A stretch of 64,000 nt of DNA from Eledone cirrhosa (lineage: Eukaryota): assembly GCA_964016885.1 (NCBI GenBank), contig OZ024750.1, forward strand, positions 37,324,001 through 37,388,000, given 5' to 3'. A program made the position numbers and the translations under genes. Below the pieces are notes generated by a model, which had not been told where the DNA came from, searched no databases, and saw only the letters and a list, made by a program, of their open reading frames with translations. Numbering within the stretch: the stretch's first letter is position 1; each line of letters starts with the position of its first letter. Below, piece after piece: positions 55,801 to 64,000 of the stretch.

Positions 55801-58800
55801 TACAAAATATATATCAATTTTCGAAATCAGAAAGTATATATTTCGAAAGAAAAAAAATCAATCTTTTTTGAAAAAAAACAATTTTTCGAAATACTTTGTA
55901 AAATGATCAATTTGTGAAAAACCTAAAATAATCCATTTTTTTATACTTTTCGAAATATTTACTTCTGATTTCTAAAATTGATTTTTTTAGGTTTTTCACA
56001 AATTGATCATTTTACACAGTATTTGGAAAAAATGCATTGTTTCGACACGTTGAAAAATACAAAATACATATCAATTTTCGAAATCAGAAAGTATATATTT
56101 CGAAAGAAAAAAAATTAATATTTTTTGAAAAAAAAACAATTTTTCGAAATACTGTGTAAAATGATCAATTTGTGAAAAACCTAAAATAATCCATTTTTTT
56201 ATACTTTTCGAAATATTTACTTCTGATTTCTAAAATTGATTTTTTTAGGTCTTTCACAAATTGATCATTTTACACAGTATTTGGAAAAAATATTTTTTTT
56301 CAAAAGAATGCGGTTATAAATTGTGTTTCGACACGTTGAAAAATACAAAATATATATCAAAAAGTATATATATCGAAATCAGAAAGTATATATTTCGAAA
56401 GAAATAAAATCAATCCTCTTTGAAATATAACAATTTTTCGAAATACTGTGTAAAATGATCAATTTGTGAAAAACCTAAAATAATCAATTCGTTTATACTT
56501 TTCGAAATATTTACTTCTGATTTCTAAAATTGATTTTTTTAGGTTTTTCACAAATTGATCATTTTACACAGTATTTGGAAAAAATATTTTTTTTCAAAAA
56601 AATGTGTTTATACATTGTGTTTCGACACGTTGAAAAACTTTTGAAAAATTCAAAATATATATCAATTTTCGAAATCAGAAAGTATATATTTCGAAAGAAA
56701 TAAAATCAATCTTTTTTGAAAAAAAACAATTTTTCGAAATACTGTGTAACATGATCATATTGTGAAAAACCTAAATTAATAAATTTTTTTATAATTTTAG
56801 AAATATTTACTTCTGATTTCTAACATTGATTTTTTTAGGTTTTACACAGTATTTGGAAAAAATGCGTTTATACATTATGTTTCGACACGTTGAAAAATTT
56901 TTTAAAAATACAAAATATATATCAATTTTCGAAATCAGAAAGTATATATTTCGAAAGAAAAAAAATTAATCTTTTTTGAAAAAAAACAATTTTTCGAAAT
57001 ACTGTGTAAAATGATCAATTTGTGAAAAACCTAAAATAATCAATTCGTTTATACTTTTCGAAATATTTACTTCTGATTTCTAAAATTGATTTTTTTAGGT
57101 TTTTCACAAATTGATCATTTTACACAGTATTTGGAAAAAATATTTTTTTTCAAAAAAATGTGTTTATACATTGGGTTTCGACACGTTGAAAAACTTTTGA
57201 CAAATTCAAAATATATATCAATTTTCGAAATCAGAAAGTATATATTTCGAAAGAAATAAAATCAATCTTTTTTCAAAAAAAACAATTTTTCGAAATACTG
57301 TGTAACATGATCAATTTGTGAAAAACCTAAATTAATAAATTTTTTTATAATTTTAGAAATATTTACTTCTGATTTCTAACATTGATTTTTTTAGGTTTTA
57401 CACAGTATTTGGAAAAAATGCGTTTATACATTTAAAAATACAAAATATATATCAATTTTCGAAATCAGAAAGTATATATTTCGAAAGAAAAAAAATTAAT
57501 CTTTTTTAAAAAAAAACAATTTTTCGAAATACTGTGTAAAATGATCAATTTGTGAAAAACCTAAAATAATCAATTTTTCATACTTTTCGAAATATTTACT
57601 TCTGATTTCTAAAATTGATTTTTTTAGGTTTTTAACAAATTGATCATTTTACACAGTATTTGGAAAAAATATTTTTTTTCAAAAGAATGCGGTTATAAAT
57701 TGTGTTTCGACACGTTGAAAAATACAAAATATATATCAAAAAGTATATATATCGAAATCAGAAAGTATATATTTCGAAAGAAAAAAAATCAATCTTTTTT
57801 GAAAAGAAATTTTTCGAAATACTGTGTAAAATGATCAATTTGTGAAAAACCTAAAATAATCAATTTTTTTATACTTTTCGAAATATTTACTTCTGATTTC
57901 TAAAATTGATTTTTTTGGTTTTACACAGTATTTGAAAAAAAGGCGTTTATACATTTAGTTTCGACACGTTGAAAAATACAAAATATATATTAATTTTCGA
58001 AATCAGAAAGTATATATTTCGAAAGAAAAAAAATTAATCTTTTTTGAAAAAAAACAATTATTCGAAATACTGTGTAAAATGATCAATTTGTGAAAAACCT
58101 AAAATAATCAATTCGTTTATACTTTTCGAAATATTTACTTCTGATTTCTAAAATTGATCTTTTAGGTTTTTCACAAATTGATCATTTTACACAGTATTTG
58201 GAAAAAATATTTTTTTTCAAAAGAATGCGGTTATAAATTGTGTTTCGACACGTTGAAAAATACAAAATATATATTAAAAAGTATATATATCGAAATCAGA
58301 AAGTATATATTTCGAAAGAAATAAAATCAATCCTTTTTGAAATATAACAATTTTTCGAAATACTGTGTAAAATGATCAATTTGTGAAAAACCTAAAATAA
58401 TCAATTTTTTTATACTTTTCGAAATATGTACTTCTGATTTCTAAAATTGATTTTTTTAGGTTTTTCACAAATTGAACATTTTACACAGTATTTGAAAAAA
58501 TGCGTTATGTTTCGACACGTTGAAAAACTTTTGAAAAATTCAAAATATATATCAATTTTCGAAATCAGAAAGTATATATTTCGAAAGAAATAAAATCAAT
58601 CTTTTTTGAAAAAAAACAATTTTTCGAAATACTGTGTAACATGATCATATTGTGAAAAACCTAAATTAATAAATTTTTTTATAATTTTAGAAATATTTAC
58701 TTCTGATTTCTAACATTGATTTTTTTAGGTTTTACACAGTATTTGGAAAAAATGCGTTTATACATTATGTTTCGACACGTTGAAAAATTTTTTAAAAATA

Positions 58801-61800
58801 CAAAATATATATCAATTTTCGAAATCAGAAAGTATATATTTCGAAAGAAAAAAAATTAATCTTTTTTGAAAAAAAACAATTTTTCGAAATGATCAATTTT
58901 AAAATGATCAATTTGTGAAAAACCTAAAATAATCAATTTTTCATACTTTTCGAAATATTTACTTCTGATTTCTAAAATTGATTTCTTTAGGTTTTTCACA
59001 AATTGATCATTTTACACAGTATTTGGAAAAAATGCATTATTTCGACACGTTGAAAAATTTTTTTAAAATACAAAATATATATCAATCTTCGAAATCAGAA
59101 AGTATATATTTCGAAAGAAAAAAAATCAATCTTTTTTGAAAAGAAATTTTTCGAAATACTGTGTAAAATGATCAATTTGTGAAAAACCTAAAATAATCAA
59201 TTTTTTTATACTTTTCGAAATATTTACTTCTGATTTCTAAAATTGATTTTTTTAGGTTTTACACAAATTGATCATTTTACACAGTATTTCGAAAAAATGC
59301 ATTGTTTCGACACGTCGAAAAATACAAAATATATATCAATTTTCGAAATCAGAAAGTATATATTTCGAAAGAAAAAAAATTAATATTTTTTGAAAAAAAA
59401 CAATTTTTCGAAATACTGTGTAAAATGATCAATTTGTGAAAAACCTAAAATAATCCATTTTTTTATACTTTTCGAAATATTTACTTCTGATTTCTAAAAT
59501 TGATTTATTTAGGTCTTTCACAAATTGATCATTTTACACAGTATTTGGAAAAAATATTTTTTTTCAAAAGAATGCGGTTATAAATTGTGTTTCGACACGT
59601 TGAAAAATACAAAATATATATCAAAAAGTATATATATCGAAATCAGGATGTATATATTTCGAAAGAAATAAAATCAATCCTTTTTGAAATATAACAATTT
59701 TTCGAAATACTGTGTAAAATGATCAATTTGTGAAAAACCTAAAATAATCAATTCGTTTATACTTTTCGAAATATTTACTTCTGATTTCTAAAATTGATTT
59801 TTTTAGGTTTTTCACAAATTGATCATTTTACACAGTATTTGGAAAAAATATTTTTTTTCAAAAAAATGTGTTTATACATTGTGTTTCGACACGTTGAAAA
59901 ATACAAAATATATATCAATTTTCGAAATCAGAAAGTATATATTTCGAAAGAAAAAAAATTAATCTTTTTTGAAAAAAAACAATTTTTCGATATACTGTGT
60001 AAAATGATCAATTTGTGAAAAACATAAAATAATCAATTTTTTTATACTTTTCGAAATATTTACTTCTGATTTCTAAAATTGATTTTTTTAGGTTTTACAC
60101 AGTATTTGGAAAAAAGGCGTTTATACATTTAGTTTCGACACGTTGAAAAATACAAAATATATATCAATTTTCGAAATCAGAAAGTATATATTTCGAAAGA
60201 AAAAAAATTAATCTTTTTTGAAAAAAAACAATTTTTCGAAATATTGTGTAAAATGATCAATTTGTGAAAAACCTAAAATAATCAATTTTTTTATACTTTT
60301 CGAAATATTTACTTCTGATTTCTAAAATTGATTTTTTTTAGGTTTTTCACAAATTGATCATTTTACACAGTATTTGGAAAAAATGCATTGTTTCGACACG
60401 TTGAAAAATTTTTTAAAAATACAAAATATATATCAATTTTCGAAATCAGAAACTATATTTCGAAAGAAAAAAAATCAATCTTTTTTGAAAAAAAACAATT
60501 TTTCGAAATACTGTGTAAAATGATCAATTTGTGAAAAACCTAAAATAATCAATTTTTTTATACTTTTCGAAATATTTACTTCTGATTTCTAAAATTGATT
60601 TTTTTAGGTTTTTCACAAATTGATCATTTTACACAGTATTTGGAAAAAATATTTTTTTTCAAAAGAATGCGGTTATAAATTGTGTTTCGACACGTTGAAA
60701 AATACAAAATATATATCAAAAAGTATATATATCGAAATCAGAAAGTATATATTTCGAAAGAAATAAAATCAATCCTTTTTGAAATATAACAATTTTTCGA
60801 AATACTGTGTAAAATGATCAATTTGTGAAAAACCTAAAATAATCAATTCGTTTATACTTTTCGAAATATTTACTTCTGATTTCTAAAATTGATTTTTTTA
60901 GGTTTTTCACAAATTGATCATTTTACACAGTATTTGGAAAAAATATTTTTTTTCAAAAAAATGTGTTTATACATTGTGTTTCGACACGTTGAAAAACTTT
61001 TGAAAAATTCAAAGTATATATCAATTTTCGAAATCAGAAAGTATATATTTCGAAAGAAATAAAATCAATCTTTTTTGAAAAAAAACAATTTTTCGAAATA
61101 CTGTGTAAAATGATCAATTTGTGAAAAACCTAAAATAATCAATTTTTTATACTTTTCGAAATATTTACTTCTGATTTCTAAAATTGATTTTTTTAGGTTT
61201 TTCACAAATTGATCATTTTACACAGTATTTGGAAAAAATGCATTGTTTCGACACGTTGAAAAATTTTTTAAAAATACAAAATATATATCAATTTTCGAAA
61301 TCAGAAAGTATATATTTCGAAAGAAAAAAAATTAATCTTTTTGGAAAAAAAACAATTTTTCGAAATACTGTGTAAAATGATCAATTTGTGAAAAACCTAA
61401 AATAATCAATTTTTTTATACCTTTCGAAATATTTACTTCTGATTTCTAAAATTGATTTTTTTTTAGGTTTTTCACAAATTGATCATTTTACACAGTATTT
61501 GGAAAAAATATTTTTTTTCAAAAAAATGTGTTTATACATTGTGTTTCGACACGTTGAAAAATACAAAATATATATCAATTTTCGAAATCAGAAAGCATAT
61601 ATTTCGAAAGAAAAAAAATTAATCTTTTTTGAAAAAAAACAATTTTTCGAAATATTGTGTAAAATGATCAATTTGTGAAAAACCTAAAATAATCAATTTT
61701 TTTATACTTTTCGAAATATTTACTTCTGATTTCTAAAATTGATTTTTTTAGGTTTTACACAGTATTTGGAAAAAAGGCGTTTATACATTTAGTTTCGACA

Positions 61801-64000
61801 CGTTGAAAAATACAAAATATATATCAATTTTCGAAATCAGAAAGTACATATTTCGAAAGAAAAAAAATTAATCTTTTTTGAAAAAAAACAATTTTTCGAA
61901 ATACCGTGTAAAATGATCAATTTGTGAAAAACCTAAAATAATCAATTTTTTTATACTTTTCGAAATATTTACTTCTGATTTCTAAAATTGATTTTTTTTA
62001 GGTTTTTCACAAATTGATCATTTTACACAGTATTTGGAAAAAATGCATTGTTTCGACACGTTGAAAAATTTTTTAAAAATACAAAATATATATCAATTTT
62101 CGAAATCAGAAACTATGTTTCGAAAGAAAAAAAATCAATCTTTTTTGAAAAAAAACAATTTTTCGAAATACTTTGTAAAATGATAGATTTGTGAAAAACC
62201 TAAAATAATCCATTTTTTTATACTTTTCGAAATATTTACTTCTGATTTCTAAAATTGATTTTTTTAGGTTTTTCACAAATTGATCATTTTACACAGTATT
62301 TGGAAAAAATATTTTTTTTCAAAAGAATGCGTTTATAAATTGTGTTTCGACACGTTGAAAAATACAAAATATATATCAATTTTCGAAATCAGAAAGTATA
62401 TATTTCGAAAGAAAAAAAATTAATCTTTTTTGAAAAAAAACAATTTTTCGAAATACTGTGTAAAATGATCAATTTGTGAAAGACATAAAATAATCAATTT
62501 TTTTATACTTTTTGAAATATTTACTTCTGATTTCTAAAATTGATTTTTTTAGGTCTTTCACAAATTGATCATTTTACACAGTATTTGGAAAAAATATTTT
62601 TTTTCAAAAGAATGCGGTTATAAATTGTGTTTCGACACGTTGAAAAATACAAAATATATATCAAAAAGTATATATATCGAAATCAGAAAGTATATATTTC
62701 GAAAGAAATAAAATCAATCCTTTTTGAAATATAACAATTTTTCGAAATACTGTGTAAAATGATCAATTTGTGAAAAACCTAAAATAATCAATTCGTTTAT
62801 ACTTTTCGAAATATTTACTTCTGATTTCTAAAATTGATTTTTTTAGGTTTTTCACAAATTGATCATTTTACACAGTATTTGGAAAAAATATTTTTTTTCA
62901 AAAAAATGTGTTTATACATTGTGTTTCGACACGTTGAAAAACTTTTGAAAAATTCAAAATATATATCAATTTTCGAAATCAGAAAGTATATATTTCGAAA
63001 GAAATAAAATTAATCTTTTTTGAAAAAAAACAATTTTTCGAAATACTGTGTAACATGATCAATTTGTGAAAAACCTAAATTAATAAATTTTTTTATAATT
63101 TTAGAAATATTTACTTCTGATTTCTAAAATTGATTTTTTTTAGGTTTTTCACAAATTGATCATTTTACACAGTATTTGGAAAAAATGCATTGTTTCGACA
63201 CGTTGAAAAATTTTTTAAAAATACAAAATATATATCAATTTTCGAAATCAGAAACTATATTTCGAAAGAAAAAAAATCAATCTTTTTTGAAAAAAAACAA
63301 TTTTTCGAAATACTGTGTAAAATGATCAATTTGTGAAAAACCTAAAATAATCAATTTTTTTATACTTTTCGAAATATTTACTTCTGATTTCTAAAATTGA
63401 TTTTTTTAGGTTTTTCACAAATTGATCATTTTACACAGTATTTGGAAAAAATATTTTTTTTCAAAAGAATGCGGTTATAAATTGTGTTTCGACACGTTGA
63501 AAAATACAAAATATATATCAAAAAGTATATATATCGAAATCAGAAAGTATATATTTCGAAAGAAATAAAATCAATCCTTTTTGAAATATAACAATTTTTC
63601 GAAATACTGTGTAAAATGATCAATTTGTGAAAAACCTAAAATAATCAATTCGTTTATACTTTTCGAAATATTTACTTCTGATTTCTAAAATTGATTTTTT
63701 TAGGTTTTTCACAAATTGATCATTTTACACAGTATTTGGAAAAAATATTTTTTTTCAAAAAAATGTGTTTATACATTGTGTTTCGACACGTTGAAAAACT
63801 TTTGAAAAATTCAAAATATATATCAATTTTCGAAATCAGAAAGTATATATTTCGAAAGAAATAAAATCAATCTTTTTTGAAAAAAAACAATTTTTCGAAA
63901 TACTGTGTAAAATGATCAATTTGTGAAAAACCTAAAATAATCAATTTTTTATACTTTTCGAAATATTTACTTCTGATTTCTAAAATTGATTTTTTTAGGT
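13865..64000. repeat. AT-rich tandem satellite array, variable monomer of about 250-295 bp with internal inverted repeats and multi-kb block duplications; runs off the window end
   Basis: Continuous head-to-tail monomers (very roughly 180-190, estimated by division). Recurrent indel variants. Diagnostic variants recur in blocks, for example at offset 14531 between about 27250-30900 and 41780-45430. Confidence 0.98.
40399..40650. repeat. Near-perfect 252-bp palindrome (124-bp arms, CGAA loop): local inverted duplication in the satellite
   Basis: ...AATGCGTTATGT-CGAA-ACATAACGCATT...; the arms match out to AAAACC (40399) and GGTTTT (40650). Confidence 0.93.

Noticed and set aside
15037-61375. 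Dozens of 60-120 aa MIFLGFSQIDH and MIILHSIWKK ORFs
   Set aside because: Chance frames of the satellite monomer, mostly with TTG starts, broken by homopolymer indels from copy to copy.
13865-64000. CRISPR array or CENP-B box (TTTCGACACGTTGAAAA)
   Set aside because: No unique spacers or cas genes and the context is eukaryotic. The motif lacks the A..CGGG half of the CENP-B box.

Overview
Eukaryotic, very AT-rich heterochromatin-type window, probably from an invertebrate animal; the species cannot be determined from the sequence. About 50 kb (1-524 and 13865-64000) is a tandem satellite with a variable monomer of roughly 250-295 bp that is itself built from inverted sub-repeats. It is interrupted at 525-13864 by a nested retroelement cluster. 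The core is a decayed, minus-strand, partially tandem Penelope-like element (RT plus C-terminal GIY-YIG, Naiad-like, unit about 5.2 kb, about 2.1 units) that carries TA/CA microsatellites. Small non-coding elements sit in these TA tracts: a 591-bp unit with 197-bp terminal direct repeats, each holding a type I hammerhead ribozyme (retrozyme-like); an unrelated 597-bp unit with 112-bp terminal direct repeats and no ribozyme I can recognise; and a fragment with a canonical hammerhead and an inverted end. In total I read five hammerhead motifs with three different core variants. There is no credible host protein-coding gene: nearly all ORFs in the track are microsatellite or satellite translations.
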